Shown here piece by piece: positions 19,287-29,821 of a stretch of 64,000 bases of DNA (positions within the stretch are counted from its first letter, which is position 1; the number at the start of each line of letters is the position of its first letter). Position numbers and translations under genes: made by a program. The notes under the pieces are model-generated. The model was given only the letters and a program-made list of their open reading frames with translations. It ran no database searches and had not been told where the DNA came from. Source of the DNA: an uncultured delta proteobacterium (GTDB lineage: Bacteria > Myxococcota > UBA727 > VGSZ01); NCBI GenBank assembly GCA_963775425.1, contig CAVZJB010000004.1, forward strand, positions 480,001-544,000. The letters run 5' to 3'.

Positions 19287-19940
19287 TCAGTGGGCGGCGG
19301 GGGCGTGGCGCGTCGGCAACGGCGGCTTGTTCTCCGAGTACTTGGGGTCCGTGGCGCGCACGCGCACGGCCTCGAAGATGCCGCCGATCACCATGGTGGT
19401 TCCCCACAGCGCGACCGTGTCGGGGACGACGCCGGCGGGGTCGGCGAAGACGCGGTACATCGCGCGCGTCCGCGTCCCTCCGTTCATCGGCTCGAAGCGC
19501 CACTCCCCCTCGGTGTCGCGCACGCGCACCACGCCCAGGCGCTCGGGCGGCCCCTCTTGATCGGCGTCGGCCCAGTGCACGACGTACACGACGGAGCCGT
19601 CGGGGCGCACGAAGCTCTCGTCGGTCATGCGGATGGTGTAGTCGCGGTCGCTGATGATCGGCGCCGATGTGCGGTTGTAGACGATGACGCCGCGGGCGTC
19701 GCGCTTCAGGACGCGCGCCTCCTTGAGGTACGGCATGCGGCCCGTGGTGGCGCCGCAGTCGTCGATGGCGTTCTTCACCACCCACGGCGGCGCGTCGATG
19801 ACGCCGACGCCGAGCACCTCGCTCTTGGGCCCGCCGTGGTGCTGCCGCGTATAGACGATGACCCCGCTGTTGCGTCCTGCCTCTTTCCAGCCGTCCGTCA
19901 CCGGGCTGCAGGCGAGCCAGACCACGAGGCCGAGGAGCAC
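19287..19940 (-). CDS. Secreted START/SRPBCC lipid-binding domain protein
   Basis: Signal-like N-terminus; W...GVIVY, APIISDRDY, GVVRV, GEWRFEP, DPAGVVP pattern of START domains. Confidence 0.75.
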   Translation of the reverse strand: MLLGLVVWLACSPVTDGWKEAGRNSGVIVYTRQHHGGPKSEVLGVGVIDAPPWVVKNAIDDCGATTGRMPYLKEARVLKRDARGVIVYNRTSAPIISDRDYTIRMTDESFVRPDGSVVYVVHWADADQEGPPERLGVVRVRDTEGEWRFEPMNGGTRTRAMYRVFADPAGVVPDTVALWGTTMVIGGIFEAVRVRATDPKYSENKPPLPTRHAPAAH

Positions 19941-19941
19941 A

Positions 19942-20871
19942 TCAATACCGCTTCACCTGGGGATCGACCTCGACGGCCCACGCGTCGATGCCACCCGCGA
20001 GGTTGTAGACAGTGCGGAACCCGATCTGCAGGAACATCTCGGCCGCGCGCCGGGAGCGGCCGCCGTGGTGGCAGTGGAAGTACAGCGGCGTCTCCTTGGG
20101 CAGGCCCTCGATGTACGCCCGCGCGGCGTCGTCGAAGAGCCGGGCGGCCTCGATGGACGCAATGGCGCGCTCGCCCTCGTTGCGCACGTCGAACAGCTCG
20201 ATGGCGCCCTCTTCCAGGCGTTGTTTGAGCTCGCGCGGGCCGATGTCCTTCACGCGCGGGGGCTCGTTGGGGTTCTGGATGCGAAACGCGATGCCCGAGC
20301 CCTGCGGCACGGCGTCGATGACCACGCCGTGGGCGCGCCGCGCGCTCTGGCGATCGACCACGACGCTGAGCCCCTCGGTCTCGATGACGACGTCGCCGTC
20401 CTCCTTGGGGGAGAAGCCGAGCTGGTGCTCGAAGCGCGAGGAGACGGCGAAGCGCAAAAACCGGTTGTCCTCGTCCTCGCCCTCGCGCGCCTCCTTGAGC
20501 GCCGCCGCCGCCGCCGGCGTGACGGTGACGACGACCTCGAGGGGGGTGCGCGGGCGACCGAGCTTCTCGTGGAGCTCGCCGCTGCCGTACATCTCCTTGG
20601 CGATGTCGGCGCCGCCGACGAATTCACCCTTGATGTAGAGCTGCGGGATGGTCGGCCAGTCGGAGTAGACCTTGATGGCCTCACGGACGTCCGGATCCGA
20701 CAGCACGTCGACGGTGAAGTAGCTCGGCACCACGTCGTCCAGGATCTCGACGACGGCCGCGGAGAAGCCGCATCGCGGAGCGTCGCGTGTGCCCTTCATG
20801 AAGAGCACGACGTCGTCGGTGGCGATGAGCGAACGAAGCTTCTCTCTCAGCTCGGCAGGCAACTCGGACAT
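19942..20871 (-). CDS. grxD: Monothiol glutaredoxin Grx4 fused to an IscA/HesB-like domain and rhodanese
   Basis: VLFMKG..PRCGFS, WPTIPQLY, GGAD; middle domain VTVTPAAAAAL...FRIQNPN; C-terminal FDVR...CHHGGRS...NLAGGIDAW. Confidence 0.88.
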   Translation of the reverse strand: MSELPAELREKLRSLIATDDVVLFMKGTRDAPRCGFSAAVVEILDDVVPSYFTVDVLSDPDVREAIKVYSDWPTIPQLYIKGEFVGGADIAKEMYGSGELHEKLGRPRTPLEVVVTVTPAAAAALKEAREGEDEDNRFLRFAVSSRFEHQLGFSPKEDGDVVIETEGLSVVVDRQSARRAHGVVIDAVPQGSGIAFRIQNPNEPPRVKDIGPRELKQRLEEGAIELFDVRNEGERAIASIEAARLFDDAARAYIEGLPKETPLYFHCHHGGRSRRAAEMFLQIGFRTVYNLAGGIDAWAVEVDPQVKRY

Positions 20872-20937
20872 GAATGCATCCTCGCGATCGAAACAAGTGA
20901 GGTGGAACCGCATCCGGTTTACCATTGCTGTGTGGCC

Positions 20938-23194
20938 ATGCAGCTACCGCCTTTGAGCAAAGAAGGGGCGGTGACGTTCTCGTCGCCGGCGGCGCTGTCC
21001 GAACACTGGGAGACGTACGTGTCCAAGGGTGCGCTGCCCGTGCGCCCCGAGCGGGAGCTCGATCCGCTCGAGCAGCTCGAGGTGTTCGTGATCTGCCCGG
21101 GCCTGTCGACGCCTTTGCCGCTGCGCGTCGAGGTCGTCCAACTGCAACCCGAGCGCGCGCTCCTGCGCCTGCTCGACCCGCCGCCGCAGCAGCCGACCCT
21201 GCGGTCCGCGCCGCCGCCTGCAGAGCCGGCGCCGGAGCCCGAGCGACCGCCGGAGCCCGACGCGAGCGCGCCGCTCGTCATCGATCCCACGGTTGCGTTC
21301 TCGAGCGAGAAGGTCATCGAGCCCGACCCGCCGCCGTCCCCGAACCCGGGCTGGGCGCTCGTCGAGCCCGCGCCCGAGCCGGCGAGCGACCGTGCGCCCC
21401 ACAACGCGGCGCGCACCCAGGATCTCCTCGCGGCGATGCCGGCGCCGGACCTCGCGGAGCCCGCGCCCGTCGAGGCCCCCCGTCCGGCGCCGCCCCCCGC
21501 GCCGCCGCCCCCAGGGCCGGCGCTCGAGCCGATCGCCCTCGTCGAGGTCACCGGCGAGCGGGAGCGCACGCGGCTCGCGCCCTCCGCCCTCGAGCCGGTC
21601 GCCGCCGCGCCCGAGCAACGCGGCAGCCCCGAGGGGGCCGGGCCCGAGCCCGCGGACGCGAAGCCCGCGGACGACAAGCCCGGGGACGACAAGCCCGGGG
21701 ACGCTGGGGGGCCTGTGAGCCCGCCGCCGCAGGCGATGCCGCCGCTGTTCCTCGGCGACGCGCTGCGCTTTCACAGCGAGGCCGACCTGCGCGCCGCGCT
21801 GAAGGACATCGAGACCCTCGGCGCCGTCCTCGCCGTCGCCGACGGCGCGCTGCCGCCTTCCGTCGTCGAGGTCGCCATCGGCCTCGGCGAGCGGGCCAGC
21901 CGCGCGAAGGTGAAGGTGACGCTCGCCGCGGCCAGCCCGGGCACGGCCGTGGTGCAAGCGACGTCGAAGGCGGACTTCAAGGCCGCGATAGACGAGCTCC
22001 TGGCGTCGAGCACGCAGGCCATCCCCAACACGGTCCTCGTCGACCAGCAGCCCGGCGCCTCGCCCCGGCGCGGGTTCTCGTTGCCGCGCGAAGGCCCGCT
22101 GCAAAACCCGATGAGCCCCGAGGGCATCCTCGCGCTGCCGATGGCGCGCGCGCCGATGGACGCCGATTCTGTCGCCGCCGTCGGTGCCGCTCATGCTGCG
22201 CTGGCTGCGCACCATGCGCGGCGCGCTGCGCCTCGAGGTCAGGACCGAGGACCGCCCCGTGTTCAGCGCCGTGTTCGTCGACGGCCGCGAGATCCGTACG
22301 CCCGCGAGCATGGCGACCCTCGGCAAGGCGTTGGCCGTCCCCAAGGCGAGCTACCGCATCATCGACCTCGGCCGTGCGCCGACGATGTCCCACTCGGGAC
22401 GGACGCTGCACCTCATCGGCGAGGTCATCCGCGCCATCGTCAGCCAATGTGCCGTGGAGGAGCTCGCGCGCGCGTTCCCCAACCAGCCCGACAAGTGTCC
22501 GCGCGCCATCCCCGAGGTCGTCGCCGGCCTCGGCTTCCCCTCCCAACACCAGCGCTTCGTGAAGACCGACCTCGACGGCAACCAGTACCTCGACGAGGTG
22601 ACGCGCGCCGCCGTCGGCTCCCGCACGGTGTGGGAGGTGCTCTACCTGCTCACGCTCTACAACGGCATCTCCTGGGACGAGCCCGCGGAGTCGAAGAAGT
22701 CGCGGACCGGCCCCCTCGCCGCCCCACAGAAGGAGCGCACGGGATCGTTCGCGCAGCGCACGGGGACGTTCACGCCCCCCGACGTCGACCTCGACTGGGC
22801 GCCGTTCGACGGCAAAGACCACTTCCAGGTGCTGGGGCTTCACTGGTCCTCGAGCCCCAACGAGGTGGCCCCCGCGTTCCAGAAGTTGCGCAGCGAGTAC
22901 GGCGCCGGCGGCATCAAGCGCCCGTCCGACCCCGCCGTCGCCGACCGCATCTCCCGGCGGCTCGAGGAGGCCTATCGCGTCCTCAACGACGCCAACCAGC
23001 GGCGGGCCTATCGCCGGGAGAAGTACAACCTCGTGTGGTCGCACCAGGCGCAGCTGCTCGTGCAGAAGGCCAAGCTCGCGCTCTACAGGAAGGACGTGCA
23101 GGAGGCGATGAACGCGCTCCTCACCGCCGAGGACATCGCGCCCTCGGACGAGGCCAAGGCCATCCTGTCGTCCATCAAGCAGAAGCTCGGATAG
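20938..23194 (+). pseudogene. Frameshifted gene: PilZ-like (myxobacterial) N-domain, Pro-rich linker, C-terminal J-domain-like region
   Basis: Removing one T at 22167-22168 (gccgattctg to gccgatctg) joins the frame from ATG 20938 to the 22184-23194 frame, giving about 751 aa. C-terminal DHFQVLGL...LEEAYRVLND..QRRAY. May be a sequencing error. Confidence 0.7.
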
Positions 23195-23200
23195 ACGCCG

Positions 23201-24244
23201 TCAGGACGCCCAGAGCGCCGCGAGGTCGTCCAGCAGGTCCTTGGACTGCGTCTCCGAGATCTCGAACAGCCAGTCGCCGCTTTTCACCAGGTGTCCGGTG
23301 CCGTCGACGCGCTCGAGGATCTCGACCTTCTGCTGCGGGCGGCCCGCGACGTCGACGTCGAAGGTGGCGACGGCGGAGCCGGCGGACCTGGCGTCGGCGA
23401 CCTTGGTAGCGCGCAGGTTCCTGAGCGTGGTCATGAGCTTGCCGCCGGGCTCGCTCGGGTCGGCCTTGTCCTTCTCGTAGAACTTGCGCTTGGCGCTCTG
23501 CTCGCGATCCTTCTGCACGAAGGCCGCCGTCTTGTCGCCGAAGCGCACGCTGTAGCCCTCGATCTCGTCGATGTCGGCCGTGACCACGCGCCGCTCCATG
23601 AGCGTCTCGGGCGAGCCCTCGAAGCCGGTGACGGCCGCGGGCTCGAGCAGGTGAACGACGCTGTCGCCCTTCACGCGCGCGTAGCGGCCCTGCCCGCCGT
23701 AGGCGGACTCGCCGACGTCGAGGGTGACGGACTTGCCCGACTTCGTGGTGACGGTGATGGAGCGCTCGGGCTTGTCGAGGCCCATGGCCTTCAAGCGTGC
23801 GGCGTCCTCCTCGCCGAGCGTGCGCCGCGTCTTCAGCGGCTCGAAGGTCTCGAGCGAGCGGATGACGCCGTGGCCGCCGGGGAACTTCACCTCTTCGCGC
23901 GCGGGCGGCGCCTCCTGCGCGGTGCCGGCGTCGGCGCTCTCGGTGGCGGGGCCGGCGTCGGCGGCGGCGGGCTTGTTGGCCGGCTTCTTCTCGGGCTTCT
24001 TTTCGACCTCGCGCGAGAGGTCGACGACCACGGTGCGCGCGTTGTCCGCGCCCTTGCTCTCCACCGTGGAGCTGCCCTTGGGCCAGGTGTAGACGACCTT
24101 GACGACGTCACCCTTCTTGGCGTCGAGCAGCACCGTGGACGTGGGGCCGCCCTTCTTCTCCTCGACGCGGTGACCCTGCACCCACGCGAACGCGAGCGCC
24201 GCCACGAGGAATACGGCGTGACCGATCAGCGCGCGCGGGCTCAT
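23201..24244 (-). CDS. DUF4340-like membrane-anchored protein
   Basis: N-terminal TM; MGLDKP..ITV...LDVG...YARV...VHLL pattern; last gene of the ABC/GldG-like operon. Confidence 0.7.
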   Translation of the reverse strand: MSPRALIGHAVFLVAALAFAWVQGHRVEEKKGGPTSTVLLDAKKGDVVKVVYTWPKGSSTVESKGADNARTVVVDLSREVEKKPEKKPANKPAAADAGPATESADAGTAQEAPPAREEVKFPGGHGVIRSLETFEPLKTRRTLGEEDAARLKAMGLDKPERSITVTTKSGKSVTLDVGESAYGGQGRYARVKGDSVVHLLEPAAVTGFEGSPETLMERRVVTADIDEIEGYSVRFGDKTAAFVQKDREQSAKRKFYEKDKADPSEPGGKLMTTLRNLRATKVADARSAGSAVATFDVDVAGRPQQKVEILERVDGTGHLVKSGDWLFEISETQSKDLLDDLAALWAS

Positions 24245-26253
24245 GCCGCACCTCCCTTCCCGGCGCCGGGCCCTTGCCCCGCCCCGGCCGTATCGGCCGC
24301 GGACGACGGCGGCGACGGCGACGACGACGACGGCGGCGCGCCCGCGGGCGGGCGGCGGCGGCGGCGCTTCAAGCGGACGAACGTGAGACCGCCGCCGAGG
24401 CAGAGCGCCGGGCCGGCGAGGATGGTCAGGTAGAACCAGGCCGTGTCCTCATCGCGCGTGTGGCGGATGGGCACGTCCTCGTCGGGCTTGACGCCGGCGG
24501 CCGACAGCTTGTCGTCGTCGCGCAGCAGCCACAGGAGCCCCTCGTAGCCGAACACCTGGTTGGCGTCCTGCACCACGAGCATGTCGGCGAGCACGTCGCT
24601 GTCCCCGACGACGATGGCGCGCCCCTCGTGCGCGTCCTTGTCGCCGGTCTCCTTGGGCATCTCCACCGCGGCGGCGAGGTCGAGGACGGCGCGCGCCTCG
24701 GTCTTGTCGTCGGGCTTGCGGTCGTCGTTTTCGTCGATCCACGACGCCGCCGGCGTGCGCGCGAGCATGGAGACCTTGGGCCCGCCCTTGGCGTCGCCCT
24801 TGCGCTTCACCTTCTCCACCGCCGCGGCCGACAGGAACAGCAGCGCGGCCTTGCCGCGGGCGCTCGAGAGCGTCTTCACGCTCTTGTGGTTGCCGAACGA
24901 CGTCGAGAACAGGAAGGCGTGGTCCGCGTCGGTGTTGGTGTTCTTCACGTAGCTTCGGTCGTTGAGCACCTCGTGCACGCCGACCTTGACGCCGAGCGTG
25001 TCGAGCAGCGGCTGCAGAGACGCGGTGGCGGCGGCGCCGTCGTCGTCGCCCTTGATGGGCGGATCGAGCATCAACAAGAGCGAGCCGCCGCCCTCGACGT
25101 AGGTCGCCAGGGCCTTGGCCTCCTCGGGCAAGAACGGCTTGGTGGGCCCGGGGACGATGACGAGCGCGGCGTCCTTGGGCACCTCCTTGGTGAGGCCGTC
25201 GGCGACGCCGAGCTTCTTCGGCTTGCCGTTGAGCGCCTCGATGAGCTTCTTCAGCCCCTTCGCGCTGACGCGCTGGCCCGGGTGGGCGGAGACGTCGACG
25301 CTGCGCTCGCCGTGGCCGACGGTGACGTACACGTTCTGCGCGTCCTTGGTGATGCGCGCGAGCTTGCCGCGCACGTCGGAGTCCAGGTGCTTGACCTTGC
25401 GCTCGGCCTCTTCGCGCTCGTCGCCGATGGTGAGGTTGTCGGTGCGGGAGCCGCAGCGGAAGCCAACGGTGCCGTTCTTGGTGACCTTCACCTGCTTGGA
25501 CAGCTCGGGGTCCGCGGCGGAGTCCTGCGTGGTGACGCTGACGCCGTGGTGCTCGAGGGCGTCGAAGTAGTCGCGCACCACGCCGAGCCCGGTGGAACCG
25601 CGCTCGAAGAACAGGAAGATCTCGGGCTTGCCGGGCTTGCCGTCGGCGTCGGTGCACGACGCGGCGTCGAGCATGGACAGCGTTGCCGCCGACGGCGCCG
25701 TGGGCGCGGCGAACGAGAAGTCGCGCCGGATGTCGAGCTTGGCGGCGCCGTAGTTGAGCGCGAACAGCCCCGCCACCGCCGCCACCAGCGTGGCCGCCGT
25801 GCGCGCCGCCGCCAGCACGCGGCGGTTGTCGACGAAGCCGGTGGCGCGCATGGGCCCGGTGACGAGCTCGAGCGCGAGCGTGAGCGCTCCGCCGGCAACC
25901 AGCGCGAGCACGCCGCCGGCGAGCACCGGGTCGGGCACCTTGTCGCCGAAGACGAACCACTCGCTCAGCGCGCCGCCGACGAGCAGCAGCGCGTCCGCGG
26001 GGCCGCCGACGACGAGCAACAGCCGCTTGCCGTCGGCGTCGGCGGACAGGCGCCCGCGGATGCGGCCGGCGAGCATGCCGGCCCACGCGAGCCAGGCGAC
26101 GACGAGGCCGGCGGTGCGCGCGGTGTCGTCGAGGATGCGCAGCGACACGAAGATCGCGAGCAGGAACAGCGCTGCCAGGGCGTTGGGCCAGCCGGCGATG
26201 GCGCGGGAATTGGCGTGTGCGTTGGGTGCGGATTCGACGGGCGCCATGCTCAT
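24241..26253 (-). CDS. GldG-like ABC transporter auxiliary component
   Basis: N-terminal TMs, VYVTVGHGE, LVIVPGPTKPF, GGSLLLMLDP, IVVGDSD, C-terminal TM. Confidence 0.8.
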   Translation of the reverse strand: MSMAPVESAPNAHANSRAIAGWPNALAALFLLAIFVSLRILDDTARTAGLVVAWLAWAGMLAGRIRGRLSADADGKRLLLVVGGPADALLLVGGALSEWFVFGDKVPDPVLAGGVLALVAGGALTLALELVTGPMRATGFVDNRRVLAAARTAATLVAAVAGLFALNYGAAKLDIRRDFSFAAPTAPSAATLSMLDAASCTDADGKPGKPEIFLFFERGSTGLGVVRDYFDALEHHGVSVTTQDSAADPELSKQVKVTKNGTVGFRCGSRTDNLTIGDEREEAERKVKHLDSDVRGKLARITKDAQNVYVTVGHGERSVDVSAHPGQRVSAKGLKKLIEALNGKPKKLGVADGLTKEVPKDAALVIVPGPTKPFLPEEAKALATYVEGGGSLLLMLDPPIKGDDDGAAATASLQPLLDTLGVKVGVHEVLNDRSYVKNTNTDADHAFLFSTSFGNHKSVKTLSSARGKAALLFLSAAAVEKVKRKGDAKGGPKVSMLARTPAASWIDENDDRKPDDKTEARAVLDLAAAVEMPKETGDKDAHEGRAIVVGDSDVLADMLVVQDANQVFGYEGLLWLLRDDDKLSAAGVKPDEDVPIRHTRDEDTAWFYLTILAGPALCLGGGLTFVRLKRRRRRPPAGAPPSSSSPSPPSSAADTAGAGQGPGAGKGGAA

Positions 26254-26972
26254 CCCCTCCATCGGCGGGCACCGACGACCGCGGTGGCGCCGAGCAGCGC
26301 CGCGTACGTCAGTGACAGGTAGTAGACGACGCTCTCGAGCTTCACCGTCCCACGGGAGAAGCTCCGGAAGTGTTTGTCGAAGAGGTCGAGGTAGCCGACG
26401 ACGTCGCCGAACGTGCCCTCCACCTTGCGCGCCAGCATCCACGCCAGGATGAGCGCGACGATGAACCCACCGGCGATGACCGCGGCCAGCACCTGCGACT
26501 GCGCGAGGCTCGACGCGAACGCGCCGATGGCGACGCAGGCGCCGCCGAGCAGCGCGAGGCCGAGGTAGCCCGCGAACAGGTGGCCGAGCGTGATCTTGCC
26601 GTTCACCAGGACCAGGAGCGGCATGTACAGCGAGAGGAACAACAGCAGGCAGAGGAAGAGCCAGCCGCCGAGCCACTTGCCGAGCACGATCTGCCACTCG
26701 GGCAGCGGCGAGGTCTCGAGCAACACCAGGGTGCCGAGCTGCTTCTCCTCGGCGAACAGCCGCATGGAGATGAACACGCTGGCCACCATGGTGGTGCCCG
26801 ACGAGTAGAAGAAGAAGAGCTGCATGACCTCGAAGGACTTGCGCTCTCCGGCCATGGCCACGGCGTTGAACAGGAGGCCTTGCGCGAGGAGCACCACGCC
26901 GAGGATCAACCAGCCGGTGGCGGACATGAGGTACGAGACGAGCTCGCGCCGGGCGATGAGAACGGCACCCAT
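26250..26972 (-). CDS. ABC-2 type permease (GldF-like)
   Basis: IARRELVSY, SMRLFAEEKQLGTLVLLETSP, IVLGKW, six TM segments. Confidence 0.88.
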   Translation of the reverse strand: MGAVLIARRELVSYLMSATGWLILGVVLLAQGLLFNAVAMAGERKSFEVMQLFFFYSSGTTMVASVFISMRLFAEEKQLGTLVLLETSPLPEWQIVLGKWLGGWLFLCLLLFLSLYMPLLVLVNGKITLGHLFAGYLGLALLGGACVAIGAFASSLAQSQVLAAVIAGGFIVALILAWMLARKVEGTFGDVVGYLDLFDKHFRSFSRGTVKLESVVYYLSLTYAALLGATAVVGARRWRG

Positions 26973-26974
26973 GG

Positions 26975-27904
26975 CTACGCGGCCTCCTTTCGGGTCAGCT
27001 TGAGGAACACGCCCTCGAGACCGCCCTGGTCGTCGACGAGCTGGCGCACACCGAAGCCGTGCGCCACGAGCGCCCGCACGAGCTCCTCGCGTCCGGCGTC
27101 GCTCGCCGTGACGCGCAGCCTCGACATCCCGGACGCGAGGCCGGGCAGCGCCTCGAGGGCGGTGATGCCGCCGACCTTCTGGAGCTCCGCCTTGGCGGCG
27201 TCGGTGACGTCGCCGCGCACGAGGATCTCGAAGCGCAAAGAGCCCTGCTCGAGCTCCTCGGGCTTGCCCTGCGCGACGATGCGGCCCTCGTTGAGGACGA
27301 GGATGCGGTCGCAGGTGTGCGCGATCTCGCCGAGGATGTGGCTCGACAAGAGCACCGTGTGCTTCTCGGACAGGCCCCGGATGAGGCCGCGCATGGCGAC
27401 GATCTGCGCCGGGTCGAGGCCCGAGATGGGCTCGTCGAGGACCACCAGCTTGGGCTCGTGGATGATGGCCTGCGCGATGCCCACGCGCTGGCGGTAGCCG
27501 TGGGAGAGCCACTCGACGAGGTCGTCGGCGACGGAGCCGAGGTCCGCCAGCGCGAGCACCTCGTCGACGCGCTTGTGCACGCGCCCGGCGTCGAGGCCGT
27601 TCAAGCGGCCGGCGTACGTCAGCATCTGGCGCACGGTGAGCTCGGGGTACAGCGGCGGGCGGTCCGGCAGGAAGCCGATGCGGCGGCGCAGCTCGCGCGG
27701 GGTGGCGACGCCGTCGATGCCGTCGACGACGACCTTGCCGGCCGACGGGATCAGGAGCCCGCAAAGGATCTTGAGCACCGTGGTCTTGCCCGCGCCGTTC
27801 AGGCCGAGGAAGCCGACGACCTCGCGCTCGCTGATCTGGAAGCTCACGTCGGCGAGCGCCCGCCGCGCGCCGTAGTACTTCGAGACGTTGTCAGCGGTAA
27901 TCAT
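26975..27904 (-). CDS. ABC transporter ATP-binding protein (GldA-like)
   Basis: GLNGAGKTT, LSHGYRQRVGIAQA, VVLDEPISGLDP, LSSH. Confidence 0.93.
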   Translation of the reverse strand: MITADNVSKYYGARRALADVSFQISEREVVGFLGLNGAGKTTVLKILCGLLIPSAGKVVVDGIDGVATPRELRRRIGFLPDRPPLYPELTVRQMLTYAGRLNGLDAGRVHKRVDEVLALADLGSVADDLVEWLSHGYRQRVGIAQAIIHEPKLVVLDEPISGLDPAQIVAMRGLIRGLSEKHTVLLSSHILGEIAHTCDRILVLNEGRIVAQGKPEELEQGSLRFEILVRGDVTDAAKAELQKVGGITALEALPGLASGMSRLRVTASDAGREELVRALVAHGFGVRQLVDDQGGLEGVFLKLTRKEAA

Positions 27905-28042
27905 GGCGCCTGATTGAACACCGTTACGCCGTCGACGCAAGTACCGCCTCCGCCGGGGGCGAAATGCGACCGGAGGGATGCGACCGCGCTTGATGCTCGG
28001 GGGAATGTTCTCGGACGCGGCGTGTTGATCCATGCTCGGGGC

Positions 28043-29017
28043 ATGCTGCCCGCCGTGCTCGCGATGCGCCCCCGCTACGTCGAGAAGTTGTGGGCCGGCT
28101 CTCGCCTGAAGACGCTCCCGGCCAAGCGCCGCACGCCGCCGCCGCCGGGGACGGGGGAGGCCTGGGAGGTCGCGGATCTCCCCGAGGGCGCGTCCACCGT
28201 CGACGGCGGCCCCCTCGACGGGCTCACGCTGCGCACGGTCGTCGAGCGCTTCGGCCGGGCGGTCTGCGGCGCGCGCACGCGCGCGGTCGACGGCGCGCTC
28301 CGCTTCCCCCTGCTCGTCAAGCTCATCGACGCGGGCGACGACCTCAGCGTGCAGGTGCACCCGGGCGAGGCCTTCGCGCGCGCACACCCCGGGAGCTTCG
28401 CCAAGGACGAGGCCTGGCTGGTCGTGGCGGTGGAGCCGGGCGCGCGCGTGTTGCACGGCGTGCGCGACGGCGTCGACGCCGCCGCGTTCGCCGAGGCCGT
28501 CGTCGGCGGACGCGCCGACGCGCTCCTGCGCGAGGTGCGCGTGAGCGTCGGCGACGTCCTGCGCATCGCCCCCGGCACGCTGCACGGCGTGGGCAAGGGT
28601 TGCCTGCTGCTCGAGGTGCAGCAGCCGTCGGACACCACGTTCCGCGTCTGGGACTACGACCGCGTCGACAAGGACGGCCACAAGCGCCCGCTGCACATCG
28701 AGCAAGCCCTCGCGGTCGCGCGCTTCGGCAAGCAGGACCCGCCGCTCGTCTCCGACGCCCGCCCCGGCCGCCGCGCCATCGCCACCGCGCACTACGCCAT
28801 GGGCCTCGAAGCGGTGACGCCGGGTGCGCCGCGCGTCGTCGACAAACCCCGCGGCGAGCCCGCCGTCGTCTTCGTCCTCGACGGCAGCGTCACCGTCGGG
28901 GGCGTGGAGCTGCCGGCGGGCGCCGCCGCCGTCGTCGTCGCCGACGCCGACGGCGTCGTCGCCGAGGGAGACGGCACCCTCGTCGTCATGACGCCGGGCG
29001 ACGAGGCCGCCGCGTGA
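28043..29017 (+). CDS. manA: Type I mannose-6-phosphate isomerase
   Basis: GEAW, FPLLVKLIDA..DLSVQVHP, KDEAW, PGTLHG, LEVQQPSDTTFRVWDYDR, RPLH. Confidence 0.88.
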   Translation: MLPAVLAMRPRYVEKLWAGSRLKTLPAKRRTPPPPGTGEAWEVADLPEGASTVDGGPLDGLTLRTVVERFGRAVCGARTRAVDGALRFPLLVKLIDAGDDLSVQVHPGEAFARAHPGSFAKDEAWLVVAVEPGARVLHGVRDGVDAAAFAEAVVGGRADALLREVRVSVGDVLRIAPGTLHGVGKGCLLLEVQQPSDTTFRVWDYDRVDKDGHKRPLHIEQALAVARFGKQDPPLVSDARPGRRAIATAHYAMGLEAVTPGAPRVVDKPRGEPAVVFVLDGSVTVGGVELPAGAAAVVVADADGVVAEGDGTLVVMTPGDEAAA

Positions 29018-29059
29018 GGACCGCGCGCGCCGTCGTCGAGCGGCGTCCCCCCGGGGCGC

Positions 29060-29821
29060 GTGGGGCGGCACGTGCGTAAGCTCCCGGCCCGCGCGCGCGT
29101 GGTGTTCCCCAATCCGTCCACCGCGAGCCCCGAGGGCATCGTCGCCATCGGCGCCAAGCCGTGGCCCGAGGTCCTCAAGGACGCGTACACCCGCGGCATC
29201 TTCCCGTGGCCGCACGAGGGCTATCCGCTGTTGTGGTTCAGCCCCGACCCGCGCTTCGTCCTCGAGCCGAAGCTGGGGCACCTCAACAAGAGCCTGAGGA
29301 AGGCCATGAGGCGCACGGACCTCGTCATCCGCGCCGACACGCGCTTCCGCGCGGTCATCGAGGGCTGCGCCGACAAGCGCCGCCCCGGCCAGCGCGGCAC
29401 GTGGATCACCGACGACATGATCGAGGGCTACTGCGCGCTCCACGAAGAGGGCTTCGCCCACTCCGTCGAGGCGTGGCAGTTGCTGCCCGGGGGCGAGACC
29501 CTCGTCGGGGGCCTGTACGGCGTGAGCTTCGGCGCGGTCTTCTTCGGTGAGTCCATGTTCCAGACCGCGCCCGACGCGTCGAAGATCGCGTTCGGCACGC
29601 TCCTCGGGCAGCTCGTGAAGTGGCGCTTCGACCTCGTCGACTGCCAGAGCTACACCGACCACCTCGCCCGCTTCGGCGCCGTCCACTGGCCGCGCAACAA
29701 GTTCCTCGACGTCCTCAAGGAGGCCCAGCGCGCGCCCACCCGCCAGGGCCCCTGGACCTTCGACGTCACGCCCGCCCAGGCCGCCGACCTGCTGTCGGCG
29801 CCGCTGCCCGACGAAGCCTGA
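29060..29821 (+). CDS. aat: Leucyl/phenylalanyl-tRNA--protein transferase
   Basis: AYTRGIFPW, LLWFSPDPR, TWIT, AHSVEAW, LVGGLYG, FFGESMF, DASK, LVDCQ. Confidence 0.95.
   Translation: MGRHVRKLPARARVVFPNPSTASPEGIVAIGAKPWPEVLKDAYTRGIFPWPHEGYPLLWFSPDPRFVLEPKLGHLNKSLRKAMRRTDLVIRADTRFRAVIEGCADKRRPGQRGTWITDDMIEGYCALHEEGFAHSVEAWQLLPGGETLVGGLYGVSFGAVFFGESMFQTAPDASKIAFGTLLGQLVKWRFDLVDCQSYTDHLARFGAVHWPRNKFLDVLKEAQRAPTRQGPWTFDVTPAQAADLLSAPLPDEA

Noticed and set aside
23201-27904. Bacteroidetes-type gliding motility machinery
   Set aside because: GldA/F/G-like plus DUF4340 operons are widespread ABC modules, and no other gld or T9SS genes are present here.
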